Positions 1-14,010 are shown, numbered from the stretch's first letter. The stretch is 64,000 nt of DNA from Glycera tridactyla (GCA_965644265.1 OZ286466.1:43400001-43464000), one strand, 5' to 3'. Notes: generated from the letters alone by a model not told the origin. A program made the numbers and translations.

Positions 1-1124
1 CATAAAAAATTTCAAAGATGTGGTGACTAGGCGGGTGGCCTTTGGAGTCAACTGTACCAGAAACATGTGAGATAAGCATTGGTCCATGGATGCTAGGCTA
101 AGGCTGTCACTAGCATTGCTCTGTGATTCAGGACATGTTGAGTGATGACTCAACACAAACTATTCGTGAAATTGGTCGGGCAAGGACACTTCTGTGATTT
201 GAGAAGCCGTTCAATAATGGCGAGAAAGGGTGAAGATGCAGCTTATTCTGCTGATCTGTCACCCACTGCACGCAGGTCTCATAACATTACGGACTGGGGC
301 CCCCTATAACACCACACAGCAGGCCACTAACACCATCTTAGCACCGTATCATCTCCGCTAATACGCAATCAGCACCATTTTGCATGCCGCTCACATTTTC
401 GTGCCATGAACTTTGCACACGGGCGCCATCTATCATCGGGCGGGCAGCTCATCACTGTCACTTTGCATCATCGTCGACTATTGCCTCGTGATCTCGGTGT
501 GATCTCGTTGCAATCGCCGCCAATCCTCAGCGAGCTTCTATAAATCCTCTCCTGAGCTCGGCCCGACACACAGATTAGAGTTGCGAATCTATGGGACGAA
601 TGACCCACTTCCTCCCAAAACCACAGCCACTGGTCACCACACCCATTGGCCAAACCGAATTCCGGAGATTAGCCTTTCTCACACATTTTATGCAAGCCAA
701 CGCAAGAGACTAAATGCATGCCGAGAAAGCAAGAACCTACAATAGTAAACTACAGGACAGGACAGATATGGAAATCACCACAATCAGTCTTTGTTTCAAA
801 TTTCCATCATGATCCAATCGATAGGGCAAAAATGACATTCTTCCGATAACTGCTATCTGATATTCCCATCAATATCACACACCTCTCCAGTTTAGGCACT
901 AGGTATAATCAGGAGTTTACAATTCTAAGGACCTATAGATTTGTTTTGTTGTGTTATTGGTTCTCCATCTCACTCATGTAGTATTAATGATGTGCTATAA
1001 TGAGGTGCCCACTGGGAAACCATCAGGGCAAAATATCCTCAAGTATCACCCTCAATCCTTAATTAGAGAAGAAGACAACTTTCGAATGTATTAATCTGTG
1101 ATGCATTTTCAGCAATGGTCTGAG

Positions 1125-1305
1125 GTGGGGGAGGAGGAGGAGACAGGGAGGGGGGCGCAGAGAGATAAAGAGGGGGAAGGAGAAGGGATAGGAAAAGAGG
1201 TGGGGAGGGGAAAGTGAGGATAGGGAGAGCAAAGAGGGAGGAGAGGAGGGGAGAGAAGGAAAAGGAAAGAGGAGGGAGAGAGGAGAGAAAGAGAGTGGAT
1301 GAAGA
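1125..1305 (+). repeat. GA-rich polypurine low-complexity tract
   Basis: Almost exclusively G/A on the + strand (GGAGGAGG, GGGAGAG...); explains the spurious Pro/Ser/Leu ORF 1063..1365. Confidence 0.95.
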
Positions 1306-1574
1306 AGTTTGGTTTGAATGGCAGTTGAGGAGGCAGTAGCTGCAGCTAATTCGATGTGCTGACAATGCCGCTTGGGTGCTGATATGCCATTTAGTGGGGC
1401 GCTAATTTAACTGCAGAGCAGGCTAGGCGTTAATTGGTAAATTGAGGCACCAATTAAAGCTTGATTAGAGCATGGCATGGCAGCCAATGCAGAAGCAGCA
1501 ACGGTGCTGATGCAAGCAACCCCAATCCGCAACGGCAACACAGCGGCCATTAGCCAAGCAGTAGCTGCAACGAG

Positions 1575-1576
1575 GT

Positions 1577-1633
<57 letters not shown>
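1575..1633. repeat. (GT)n microsatellite
   Basis: Directly visible dinucleotide run. Confidence 0.97.
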
Positions 1634-1634
<1 letters not shown>

Positions 1635-2443
1635 ATGAGAGAGTGTGTATGCATGTGTGTGCTCATCTGACTATATTGAAACATATTATGCAAACTACTG
1701 TATCTTAAATCTTACCAAAGAACCTAAGATGACTTAAATGTAGGTGCACATGTATAAGGACCAACTTGCAAAGGAAAACCATCTACCATCGAAAATGGTA
1801 TCTGACTTTTCTTTTAAAAAGCTTCCCGCAGAAGATACGATTTGACGCAAAGGTCTGCCTGACAAGTTTTCTTTAGGTGACTCTACAACCTTGATTGAAT
1901 ATCTTGAGGATGTATCAATCTGCTGAAATGCTGCCATCAACAGGGATGAAATTATAGTTTCCAAGAGAAAAATAAAAGGAAAATAAAATTGTCAAGTCAA
2001 ACCTCTCTGATGTCTGAGATCGGGCTACATGTCTGTGAGTTTGATACCTGTGTTTATTTCACATTTTTCAGCGATACCGAGAGCAGAGATGTGAAATGAA
2101 CATGGAGAAATGGGATGCAGTATCGCGCAGCGGCAGATGCAAGGCATAGGTGGATTTCTATGGTGTCTGTTCAGAGGTCAACAGAGAGAACAAGGAGGAG
2201 TGATAAGCTGCGTCTCCTGAGAGATGGCGCTGCCAAATTGACTGAACTCGTCTAAATTGACACGTCCCCGAGGGACCGGGACCCGGCTGCCCGATCCTGT
2301 GTATGGGCCATCCTGATGTATTGTTCAGACACTACCATCGTGTTCCCACCTTTGTCGTAGATTCTGCCAAGAAAAACCCAGCGGAAATCACACGCTCGCC
2401 AGCGATAACAAAGTTAGCTTGGCATTTTCAATTCTGGCTGCTA

Positions 2444-2457
2444 CCACCAGGGGGCAC
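2444..2457 (+). promoter_or_regulatory. CTCF-like motif
   Basis: CCACCAGGGGGCAC matches the bilaterian CTCF core (CCACCAGGGGGCGC) with one mismatch; occupancy unknown. Confidence 0.3.
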
Positions 2458-3706
2458 ATGCTATTAAGTGGCTATTACGATAGGGCTCGCAACTTGTTAA
2501 CGGCCAAATAGAGTTAGACACCACACCACATTAGGTATTCACCACCACACTGGCCCTAATTCGGAAAGAGAATACACTAAATTGAACGAAAGACGGTAGT
2601 AAATATGGGAGAGCTGTGCTTGTCCCGGTCGGAATTACAATGATGCAGTTGGTGCAGGTGGGTGGTGGGGGCCGTGCCAAACGGGGTAGAATCCCCAATG
2701 GATAGCTACACGTGGCTAATCAGTGGCAATGTACATTGGTTTAGATGAAGCCGACAGTTAACTGGAGTCGACGGCCACTGAGCGCAACTCCGCCACTAAA
2801 TTGGATAAACGCCTCGGTTGATGGAGAGTGATAGCTTGCTTGGCTTACCAGAAGTGCGAACACAACATGGACACCCGGGTGTAAACTGCGCCTACTACGA
2901 ACATCCCAACAAACAAGCAAAGCGAGCATTTCGTAATCTTGTACACAAAACATTTTGGCAAGGTTGGCCATTCTCATGGTCACGTGACATCTTGTGGGAG
3001 GTTGCAAATTTTCCGCCATCTTGTCAAACTTCAGAATTTGAGACGACCACCTAAGAGCTAATCCTATTTCTCAAGTAGCAAAGACTTGGCTGGCAAAAGT
3101 AAATTACGACTTTGTATATGAGAGGTTCACATTCCCACCTAGTATAAATATGTCCATCATACTGTAATTTCTTTCTGCAAGGCACCTACACACTCTGAAA
3201 GCATCAGTAAAGTGTCCTGATCATTTGAATTTCATGAATTTTCACCTCCCGTTTGGGATGTGGGAGGAGGAAACTTGAATGATCCCACCCTTCCACATTC
3301 TGCTATTGCTTCATATGGCAGGATCTGCAATGAGAGACCTGCTGATTTAACCATCTGCATTTTCGCAATAGTTTCATGTCCTACTTGAGCAGGTAGCAAT
3401 GCCGCAAGTAGAGAATGTTAATACAAGTCTGATACATCAACATCAGTTATCAATCTAGTATCAGATAAGCTAAACCAGTTAAGCAGGTGATAATGACTGA
3501 TAGGCCAAAGGGTCTGTTACACCAAAACAATAAGTGCTTGCACAGAGGTGGCTGGGGAACTTTCTAATGCTGGGATCTCTCTGAATACACCAGAGAATGA
3601 GAACTCTCCACATGGGAGTCTTGATATGCTTTAGTGAAAGTGACTCTTGTCAAGTGAGCGATAATAGGTGATAACAAGCTAGCCATGTATCAACAAAGGA
3701 CCAATC

Positions 3707-3805
3707 AAAGCTCAACAACCGGCTCACTCATCAGGGCCTTCAGCTACTCAAGTATCCAGACTAGAGCTACAGACGCACAGGTGGAAGGGGCAATTTGCTC
3801 AGTGC
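3707..3805 (+). mobile_element. Degenerate interspersed repeat (SINE-like fragment), related to 10582-10712
   Basis: Shares CAACC.GCTCACTCATCA.GGCCT.CAG...TACTCAAGTATC.AGA.TAGAGCTACAGAC...ATTTGCTCAGT with 10582-10712. Confidence 0.5.
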
Positions 3806-6619
3806 TCACCCATAGCTGATTGGAAATTGCCATACTTACATGTGTTGTTCAAACCGATATTTGGCCCAATGACAGTCAATTCTTGAAATTCATTGAAGAT
3901 TAGCTGATAGCCTCTGACTCAGTTCAGGGTGGCGCTTCGTAGATAGCATATTTTCGATGTCAAAATGCAATTGGCATTTTAACTCATTCCTTCATTTTCC
4001 TTCAAAGTTTGAGAACTGACATTGAGACCTGCCTTATTGCACACTTCTGTAAGGACTGCTCAGGCAAATCTTGGATGACTCAAACACTCAAGACGAGGAT
4101 TTGACGGCATGAGATGTCAATTCGTGTAACCTGGAACAGTGCACCTTTGAGAAACCTTTCGGAAGATGTTCAGACGTACTTAACATGCAGAAAAATTCCA
4201 CATGTTGCTAATTAATTGTGTGTAGGCCAACACTAAAAGACCAGCGATCTGAATTTTGAATGTTCTATGTTCAGGAATAGTCAAAGCTTCACATGTGATC
4301 TGGTGCTCGTCTGAACGCTCATTGTATACAAAACTGGAGTGGTACGCAACTCAATCACCACAATGCAGAACTACATACATCTCTGTACTTGACAAGTGGG
4401 GTCTTGGCCAATGTGCAACAGTTCGCAAGTAGCTGAAACCGCCACTGAAAAGGACACTGCCACCACAATGGTGGGTAATTGCTTAGGCATTCTAGGCATC
4501 TCTGACCGCACGTTTCGCCCGGAACCATGGCTCACATTTCCCAATAATACCTAGTCAAAACAAGCTCACACCTTGCCTAAACACACAGTGACACAAATGA
4601 GCGCATGGACGCCGGGAGCAGGGTGCCACTGGGCACCAGTCAACAGATGATTATGTCTCCGGTGGCGCGGCAGTGGGAGATGACCGTACATATTTCATAG
4701 GTGCGTAAGGTTACAACGGAAGTGGCTTAATGGACGTCAGAAGCTCAGTAAATATTTCACGACACATAATCGGGCATGCTCAGTCTGCCGTTAATGTCCC
4801 GACTATTGTCTGAACGTGTGTTGCACGCGTTCGTGGATGATGCACAAAAAATGGCGGATGCTTGATTACACACACCTGATCACTGTTTGGATCCAGCGTC
4901 AATCCCTACCCAGTTTAACCAAAGGATTACTGACTCAATATTCCCAGCAATAAGTCAATCATGATGGTCATAGACAACAAAATCAAAATGGCACCGAGAT
5001 CTCTAGAATCTAAACTCAAACCTTTTGCCATTCTGTATCAACGATATTAGATTAAATGATCTTGAATGGATGCTCCATGATCACAAAGCCATTACCAAGA
5101 TATCGTTCAGGGGAGTCCAGTCTTAACTATCCTAAAACCGTGTTGAAATTTACGGGACTTCATGCAAAGAAGTAGAAGGGTGTAAATATATTATTCACAT
5201 ACTCCGCCAATAGTGCATGATGGGTAAAAACCTGATAATTGAATGTCGCTATTCATTTTACGAAACAAAGCAGACTGCAGGTTTTTAATCCGATCAAAAG
5301 AATCCAGCACAGGTAAAAATACTTGACAGCATAGAATGGTTAATAAAGAAGGGTTTATCTTTCTGAGTTATTGTATTGGAGCTCATATTACCTTTTGGGA
5401 TAATTATAGCGTTAATTTGCCTAACATCATGTTCATCGACTATCTATGCACCGAACACAGGAAATGTGCGTCAACAAGAGGAATGCGTCCCATAAAATTA
5501 CAATGAACACTTGACACGGCTAAAATCAACTCATCTGCCACTGATCCATGGAGAAACAAAGAAGCAAATCGATCATCACCCTGAACTTAATTGACATTTA
5601 ACGGGCAGAAAAAGGTCTTTAATCCACCAGTGAAAGATCAACTGAAGCATGCACAGACTGGTTGGTAGCCTGCTAGTGCTGTGACTGACACTCAATCTGA
5701 CAGGATTTTGAAATTTCTCCATGCACTTTTTTGCATTTGGGCCAATATGAGTTGAGTAGACGCAAATTCCAATGTCAATATTCACTGGTCAGCACTATGG
5801 AAGACAGAGGATACTCAATTGCACCTGCTTCCACTGTGGAGAGAAGAAATATAGAAGAATACCCCTCAAACAAAATAAAACCAGTTGAAGCACAAGATAT
5901 ATCATCATTATCAATACAAGGGTATGGAGAATACATAATAGTGTTCAGAGATGGCCTGCCAACTTCTAGCTAGCTTTCCAATAATATAGCCAGAATAAAT
6001 GACCGTGAAGTAGAAGCGCAATACCAAACAAGGTGTGAATTTTTCTGGATTGGCCGAGTTATTTCCGGCGAAATTCAAACCCCATGGCAATATATTCTTG
6101 CTTTTATCACATGGAATAGGAGAGAATTCACCAAAAAGTAGTTCTCACCTAGTTGTGTACTATCACATGCAATACTCAACACCTGATACTTTACTGAAAA
6201 TGTCACATCCATGTGATAATCTCTGCTTTTCTATGCTTGCAGTACCATGCCAACCCTCCAACTTGTATTCCTGGCATCCATCGTACCAGGTCATCAGTGG
6301 CGAGAACTGCCGCTTCATGGCTCAACTAGAGTGACCTAGCATGACAGGCAGCGAAATACAATATAAATATATTTATGATCTCCGTGCCCTTCCCTGGCAT
6401 CTAACACCAGATCACACCACAAAAACGCAACCTTTTGCTGCGGCCAGGCTGGATGTTTCAATCCCAGCTAACTTGAGATCCTGACCCGACTTCATGAGAT
6501 CAGTATATTCATTTTAGTAGCATGGTCAAGTTGCCAATACTGATGTGTAAGAGTTTTCCCTGCTGTTGTGGAAAGTCTTAGCTGGCCAATCTAAGATTTC
6601 GGTATGAAAGATGCATATA

Positions 6620-6796
6620 CAGTAAAACCTGTCTATAGTGAAAAATCACGGCCAGATTTTCCTTTTCACTGTAGACAGGATTTCACTATATACAGGTCAA
6701 TTATAGTGTGAAAAAAAAACGTTCGGGCCAGATTTTTCTTTTCACTGTAGACAGGATTTCACTGTAGACAGGATTACACAATAGCAGGTTTTACTG
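6620..6796. mobile_element. Tc1/mariner-type MITE (subfamily C), 177 bp
   Basis: TA|CAGTAAAACCTG ... CAGGTTTTACTG|TA, a perfect 12-bp TIR with TA TSD; internal direct repeats; homologous to 23169-23344 in the opposite orientation. Confidence 0.9.
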
Positions 6797-7165
6797 TATT
6801 TTCTTCATTCTTCCAACCATAGCAGGTTTCCATGACTCCGGAAATGGATATTCCACTTTCACACTTTTATTTCCTGATGAAATGCTCTAGGCATGAAATG
6901 CTGAAAATCAGGATCCAAATTGTAAATGTTGGCATCTGTGTCTATGGCTGCAGTCCAAGTGTGAACTTAGGCCTCAGGGGATGGTGAGTCAATCATGTGA
7001 CACACTCACACCTCGCATTGATCGAGGTCACCTGGCTGATGTCTCTGATCAGATTTGAGAATCCATTTCCTTGGATACGGTTATTTCACCAATTAGATTA
7101 GGGACACTGATGGTCAAGGTCTCTGCCCGTTGGATCATCTCGTGTGAGCAGAGTTCTAATGTACT

Positions 7166-7216
7166 CACACACGCACGCGCGCGCGCGCACGCACGCACGC
7201 ACGCACCGCACCGCAC

Positions 7217-7248
<32 letters not shown>
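7166..7248. repeat. Compound (CA)n/(CG)n/(CACG)n/(CCGCA)n microsatellite
   Basis: Directly visible. Confidence 0.95.
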
Positions 7249-7251
<3 letters not shown>

Positions 7252-7373
7252 GAGCTCACACACAGTTGAGCTCACACACTTGCACAAACATTCATAGCCG
7301 AAGAGATACTTGGACATATATAATCAATTCAGCATGCAAAAGTCCGGACAACCTTTGCATGAACCAAAATATA

Positions 7374-7497
7374 CAGTCAAACCTCCCTATAAAAGTGACC
7401 TTTTTGGGCAGGAGATCTTTATATCGAGAGGTCATTTACTGTTGAAAATACTACCACGGTCCCAGGTCTGGGTTGAATTTATAGAGAGATGGCCTTT
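7374..7497. mobile_element. Tc1/mariner-type MITE (subfamily A), cut by assembly gap
   Basis: TA|CAGTCAAACCTC left end; internal GAGAGGTCATTTACTGTTGAAAATACTACCACGGTC matches 42377-42553 in reverse orientation. Confidence 0.8.
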
Positions 7498-7627
7498 NNN
7501 NNNNNNNNNNNNNNNNNNNNNNNNNNNNNNNNNNNNNNNNNNNNNNNNNNNNNNNNNNNNNNNNNNNNNNNNNNNNNNNNNNNNNNNNNNNNNNNNNNNN
7601 NNNNNNNNNNNNNNNNNNNNNNNNNNN
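7498..7627. other. Assembly gap (130 N)
   Basis: N run. Confidence 1.
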
Positions 7628-8016
7628 TGAGTGCATGTTTGCTTTAGCAATGGGGAGTCATGGGTCGTGAACCACGAAAAACCAACAAAGTACAGCTCAA
7701 ATACCAGGTGAAACAACATGCACTCTGTATTCAAACCATCAGAATGTTGCTCTTCTCAATAAAACAAACGACAAACAAGTTTTTACTCCCTGTTTCCACA
7801 GCTTCATACTTAGTCCGTGAGTGTGGGTGGTAGACTCAGATGCACCCACATACAGATCATTGCGATAGCTTTTTACCACTGAAAAATCCACTCAAAAACT
7901 AGATAACACTAAAAATCATTTCCTCCAATTGAAATGAGTAGATTGCATGTACATAATTTCACATGCATCAACTACTTGAATCATCTGACAACCCTCATTG
8001 TTTATGCGTTCTTTAG

Positions 8017-8070
8017 GTTACAAAAAGACAGCCTCTCACCTGCATAAGGCTAGTAGATTTTTGTGAGAAG
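8017..8070 (+). other. Candidate 54-nt exon (VTKRQPLTCIRLVDFCEK if phase 0)
   Basis: Acceptor tttatgcgttctttag, donor AAG|gtatga, one open frame; no homology recognised. Confidence 0.15.
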
Positions 8071-8559
8071 GTATGAAGCTTCAAATATACTCATTGGATG
8101 ACACATCAGCCAAAAGGAAACGCTTTTCAATAAAGGAAATACTTTTCAAAAGGACAGTGTTTGAAACAAGAAAATGTAAGATGTGCTCAAGGAATACAAC
8201 TTTGAGCCAGCTTCACACAGGGGTGATTCATGTGTTGTCATCAACCCCAACAGGGTACCTATTTTTACCCCACATAGATGAGCTGTTGAGGGTTTAAAGT
8301 TAATCACCCAATCTACACCTAAGAGCATCAATAATAATGATCTCCACTTTCTCAATGTGAAAACAAATCTGATGAAAAAAGATGCATTTCAAATGATTCC
8401 TAATTCCTCAGTAGATACTGCAATATGATTGTTGCAGTAATGAAACATCGAAGTTGAAATAGAAAGGGTGGCAAAACTCTCTTTTTCATTTAATTAAGTG
8501 AACTCCCCTATTAAATAAAGCCTGTCAACGCCAATGAATAGCGAATGTGATGTGCGATT

Positions 8560-8900
8560 ATAGAAGCGCCCTCTTTAGCAGGTGGCGGGCGAAGAGTGCT
8601 GATGTAATCTACGTAGAAACTTCTATCATGACGGGGCGACATTAGCGATATTGATAGCGGACAAACGGCCATGTCGCGCGCGGCAGTCGGCGGTCGAATA
8701 TCGCCCGGCGAATAGCAATGAACGGAAGTTGAAGCAGTCTACGCTTCATGTCATGAGCCTATTCCGCGCCGACAAAGATTGTCCAATCACCGCTGAGTCC
8801 CCCAAGAGTATCGCTAAATGAAATTTCTGTATTCACCAGCACGCATAATAGGATGTAATCTCGAAACATAATGGCGGCTCTGCTCCCGCTGAAATGAACG
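8560..8900. promoter_or_regulatory. CpG-rich promoter-like patch
   Basis: Local CpG enrichment with CGGAAGT (ETS-like, ~8724) and AATGGCGGC (YY1-like, 8870-8878); no linked transcript identified. Confidence 0.3.
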
Positions 8901-10581
8901 CACCACCCTTGGGACCAAATTACGGATGAAATATGTATTGGGTGACAGGGTGTGGGCCTCATGGGAGCCTAGCAGGGCACATATAGGCTAACTGAAGCTG
9001 ACCTGCAGCTTGCCTCAGTGGGTGAGTGTGTGCCCCGAGGGAGGTACCGATAACACCACATAAATACACATAAATACCCTCTGCACAATCCACTCTGACA
9101 TGGTACACATCTCATCCACACTGGACAAAAGGGCGCAGTTCACTCAAGCTTACACCCACCCTGTCAGCTGGGGTGCCACAAACTCATATACCACAACCTG
9201 TATTCACCAAAACTTGTAAAGAACAATTTTCTATCCTGAGGTGCCCCAAAGAATTTTTCGTCAATGCTGTGCCTCGAGAATAAATTGTGACACAGAAAAG
9301 TAATAATTTGAAAATGATTGTGAATACAGTGATTGCTTGATAGAGGTCATACAGTACAAGCCCTATAACCCTCTCTTATATAAAGGGATCCAATTTAGCA
9401 ATCAATCAAGTCAAAGATTGCTCATGGCTAAAACTGATGACCCCCACCTGTGATGCAACATAGCGCAGCGAAATACAATGTACTAAACAAAGAAAGGAAT
9501 GTGGAAGAATTGTGAGCAAACAATGAATGTAATATCAATCAATCAATCAATCAATCAATCAGGTGAGCTGAAGACTGATAGAATAGTAGCAAAAGTGTAA
9601 AGAGCACCAGAGTGAAAAGTGCAGAGTGAAGGATAGTCATCCACACACATCCTGGTTGAGTTTGAGAGAAATATCAATTTTCAGTAGGTTTGTTTTAGTC
9701 CATACTGAACAAAGGGAACATAGTCTAACTTGACTGAAAGTGGCATGGAAAGGTGAAATAGAACTGTGGAAATAGAGGTGGGGGTTGAGATCAACAATTG
9801 CTAAAAACAGGCAAGCTATAGGAAGGAAATTGGGTTAAGACTGTACAAGAGAATTCGAGAGAGAATTCTTGGTGAAATATTGAAAGCTTTTATCAGACGC
9901 AGATCCGAGGACCCCACATGTCTCGGGATATAATTTTTGCCGAGGCAATCTCTGACAGCTATCGGCCTCTCTTTGGGATAACCCCTCAGCGTGTTATGAT
10001 CTTATCGCAGGAGTGAGATTGAAATCCAATCAGCCAAGCCAGGCGAACGTAGAATGTACACGCCAGCGAATGCTCTTAAAGGGACCCTGACTGCCGACAC
10101 TCCTCGTTTCTAGACCCGCAGCCAGCACTATGGCTGGTACAACAAAATGCCACCAGATGTCAGAGCAGCTGGGCGGTATTTTTTCCCTGTGGATGTTGAT
10201 GGCGGCATGGCAGCATGGCCAGATTCCATTTATATCAATACAACAAGGCGATGTTATCTTACTCTCGAATCTTTTCAATAAGCTTATAAAGCAGCAGGCT
10301 CATGTTGCTACAACTGACATGTGTCAACTCAGAACTGGCCCGGTGCTGACACTCAGGAGTCTGGTACCTAATGCACCCCGAATCCCCCAGGTGTTCCTCC
10401 ACTGAAATAGTGTCAAACACTCAACCCCAGGACACCTGTATTCAGAAAGATCACATTCATCTGAACTGTTCCTCTCCATTGGAATCTAAAAATTCAGCCC
10501 AATGAAATAAACCTGATGCCCAGATGAAAATGGAGATCCCTTCAATAACTCCATTTCTGCAGGCCAGAATACATAATAACA

Positions 10582-10712
10582 CTACAACCAGCTCACTCAT
10601 CATGGCCTCCAGGTAGGTACTCAAGTATCGAGAGTAGAGCTACAGACCGACAATTGTCATTTAACACCTGGGTGGAGTGGAACACAGGGGAATAAGGGGA
10701 TTTGCTCAGTTG
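10582..10712 (+). mobile_element. Degenerate interspersed repeat (SINE-like fragment), related to 3707-3805
   Basis: Pairwise similarity to 3707-3805; GGTACTCA...ATTTAACACCTGGGTGGAGTGG...ATTTGCTCAG resembles the central domain of V/Meta-type SINEs (family call is inference). Confidence 0.5.
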
Positions 10713-11902
10713 TCTCTACACAGCAGTCCCCCCTATGATCATGATAATGGGCACAACCTGTAAGGAGGTAAACTCATATCTCTCCTTAGTGAACATCACA
10801 AATTTCGAACCTTTACAACATGAACAAACGAGAAACATAAAAAGTAAATTCCAGGCACACACTGGTGCATCAAGAACAATCTTGTAACACCGCAGATAAT
10901 CGGAAAATGGAACCAATTCACCTGCGCCCGCTTAGGATTGATACATCACAAGGATGACACTTAAATGATGAAATATCACCTTAAAGATGGCCTTAGTCCT
11001 GGTGCTAACACAATCACCTACAGTTGATGCATACAAATATCCAATTTCCGTCAATCTTTTCAATTTTCTTTCCACGATTTGAATCATATGTCAAAAAATA
11101 TGAAGTTTTCGCCAAGTACATGAGACATCAATACAGCAATTGATGCAGAGAATTCTCCACATGTTGTGAGAAAAATGCACTGATGGTATATAGATGTGAG
11201 ATAATAAGACAAATATATAGAATGAAAAATACATGTAGTTCTCTCATGGGACATGAAGGTGTCTCAATTAATTCCCATTATGGGAAACCGTGTTATGCAA
11301 ACCCTGCAAAAATAGCCATTCATCATGAGGTTCGGTGGATCTAAGACAAATATCCACGAGGGAAAAAATTCACAAGCAGATTGCAACCTGCTCCCACACA
11401 ATAAGTAAATGGATCACTTTTAATAGAGGCAGACAGAGGTTTCACTTCGAGGTTGTTCATGAGGAATTTATGTGCTTCGTAAATCAAGCAAATGTAATCC
11501 ATTGTCAACATACCCATTCATCAGGCCCAGATTATGAGGCCCTGATAAATTATTTAACACTTGCTTGTATGATCCATCCCTCCAGCACCATCTAAAATCT
11601 GCTGGAAATGTTGTACATCCACACCTGCGACCATCTATGGTACATCTTTACAAGATAGCCCTGGTCGAATCTTCTTTCTCAAACCACGGGAATCAGGATT
11701 GCATAAATCCAGCTTGGCAAAAGCATCATCATTCTGGGATAAACCATCATCTTCCATAACATTTTCATCACTATCAGATAGTACTCAGTACCTTTCATCA
11801 CATTTTCCAACAGTTACGATCAGCAATTTTTTCCTAGATAAAATACATTGTCAAGAGATTGCATTTGACTAACAGATCAAATCTTCCTGTTCTTTCTTAC
11901 AG

Positions 11903-11965
11903 ATGAAAAATCCCATTTATTTTAACTATAAGAGGCATGATTATACATTGAAGTTAACAACACTG
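11903..11965 (+). other. Candidate 63-nt exon (MKNPIYFNYKRHDYTLKLTTL if phase 0)
   Basis: Strong acceptor tcttcctgttctttcttacag, donor CTG|gtgagg, only one frame open; no homology recognised. Confidence 0.2.
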
Positions 11966-12734
11966 GTGAGGAGATAAAATTAATTCATTCAATGCTATAC
12001 ACTGGCAAGATGAAATTGTCTAAATGAAGTTCACCAACTTGGAGCAAGTGTGGCAATAGATAGAGTTCAAGTATAACTCCCACCCTTGTGGCACGTGAAA
12101 CAAAGTCACTCAAAGCCAATAATTACACTCACCAATTCTATTTAAATCATCTATTTAACTTTTAATATTTATTCACGTTTTTAGGATGTTTGAATAGACC
12201 GTCATCATGGATCAAAAGTCCATTAATTATTCCCATCTAGATATTCTAGAAGCGGTTAGGATCATCTATGATGACACAAAAAAAATGGAAGAGAAATTGA
12301 AAATGTTGCCCACAGAATGTGCCCTTTTCACCCAAATTCACCTTTGTGTAGAGTTAAACCTGTCTTCACAAACCACCTATCATAATTTGTGAATCATTTT
12401 TTATAGAAAAGTTGTCTTCCCATCAAAAGTGAAGTTTTTATTATTAAAATTTCTACATGGTTACCCCCAACCCCAATCTCAGTGTGATGACTGTCCCCAG
12501 TGACTATTACCCTACAATTAGCACTGAAAATAATGGTTCAAACCCCAACCTAATCTGTTAACACCCTTTGTAATAATGAGGAGTCTCTACCCATGTGCTA
12601 CATAGTCTGATTATACCCTCCAATGCCACTGATTACCCCCTCACTCTCCTAACTACCCCTTCCCACAGCAGCCACATCCCTCATTCCCAGGTATTTATTA
12701 CCTGAAGCTCATACACAAATAGTGAGTAATTATA

Positions 12735-13126
12735 NNNNNNNNNNNNNNNNNNNNNNNNNNNNNNNNNNNNNNNNNNNNNNNNNNNNNNNNNNNNNNNNNN
12801 NNNNNNNNNNNNNNNNNNNNNNNNNNNNNNNNNNNNNNNNNNNNNNNNNNNNNNNNNNNNNNNNNNNNNGGGAGGGAGAGGGGAAGGGGGAGAGGGGAGG
12901 GAGGGGGAGTGAGAGGGAGAGGGAGAGAGAGGGCACACACACGAGNNNNNNNNNNNNNNNNNNNNNNNNNNNNNNNNNNNNNNNNNNNNNNNNNNNNNNN
13001 NNNNNNNNNNNNNNNNNNNNNNNNNNNNNNNNNNNNNNNNNNNNNNNNNNNNNNNNNNNNNNNNNNNNNNNNNNNNNNNNNNNNNNNNNNNNNNNNNNNN
13101 NNNNNNNNNNNNNNNNNNNNNNNNNN
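12735..13126. other. Two assembly gaps (12735-12869, 12946-13126) flanking a GA-rich island
   Basis: N runs; 12870-12933 is a polypurine repeat. Confidence 1.
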
Positions 13127-13867
13127 ACCACTAAAGGCTACCAGATGTCAGATTATACCCTCAGTGGCATGTCCTACCCCTCTTAGGGGAGATAACAGAT
13201 GACCTTGACCCTGACCTGCTAATCAGCTGACATCATCCTGACCTAGATCTCACAACAAACCCACCTGTTATACCCACGACCTCACCACTAGATCATAAAA
13301 TATACCTTGTAATTTACTCAGATTCTTTCATAATGGAGCACAGAAAATATGAAAGGGGTCATTATGACCCAACATTACATCAATAGATTGAAATTACCCA
13401 TACTTGCTCCTTGATTTTAATCAAAATTGATCAAATAAAAAAATAAATACAGCCACTTTCTCACATGCATAGGTTCCCTTTTTTCTTGGTTGATTTTTGA
13501 CAATTATTCATGAAAATAATGCTTGAAAAATTATTATCATGCATTCGAATAAGAAGAGTTCACCACATATTTAGAGTTCAATATTTTAACGAGACTAACA
13601 CCAAGAACACTATACATCTCTCCAATCACAGAGGCCAGCTTCACTTCTGTAAAAGGTATAATGACACACGTCATCCCCATTTCCATGAAGAAGTTCTCGT
13701 TTCTCACTGGAGACTGTAGCCAGCTGATGTTTTACGAGACAGCTCAAACTCGAGGACAGGTGTTACAAATGTGCCTGATGTATGTACTAGCTACAAAAAA
13801 ACTTGTTTCTGTCACAGACTTTCCATTACACTGAGCAATCCATTCATTATCTTGATTACGAATACTG

Positions 13868-14010
13868 CAGTAAAACCTGCGACGAGAAACCCCCAATGAG
13901 AGACCACCTCCAACGGGGGACTGCTTTTCCAGGGGAGCTTTTCTATTTGACATAGTTGAATATACCTCCAAAGAAAGACCACCTCTCTTGGTAACATTCA
14001 GGGCGGTCTC
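13868..14010. mobile_element. Degenerate Tc1/mariner-type MITE (subfamily B)
   Basis: CAGTAAAACCTG left end plus GAGAGACCACCT and AATATACCTCCAA motifs shared with 15522-15699; right TIR eroded. Confidence 0.7.

Noticed and set aside
1734-1964. 76-aa minus-strand ORF as a terminal coding exon
   Set aside because: Weak acceptor, no recognisable homology and no supporting upstream exon.
7802-7816. 15-nt + strand micro-exon
   Set aside because: Strong acceptor and donor, but phase 0 contains a stop, so it cannot join 8017-8070 as coding sequence.
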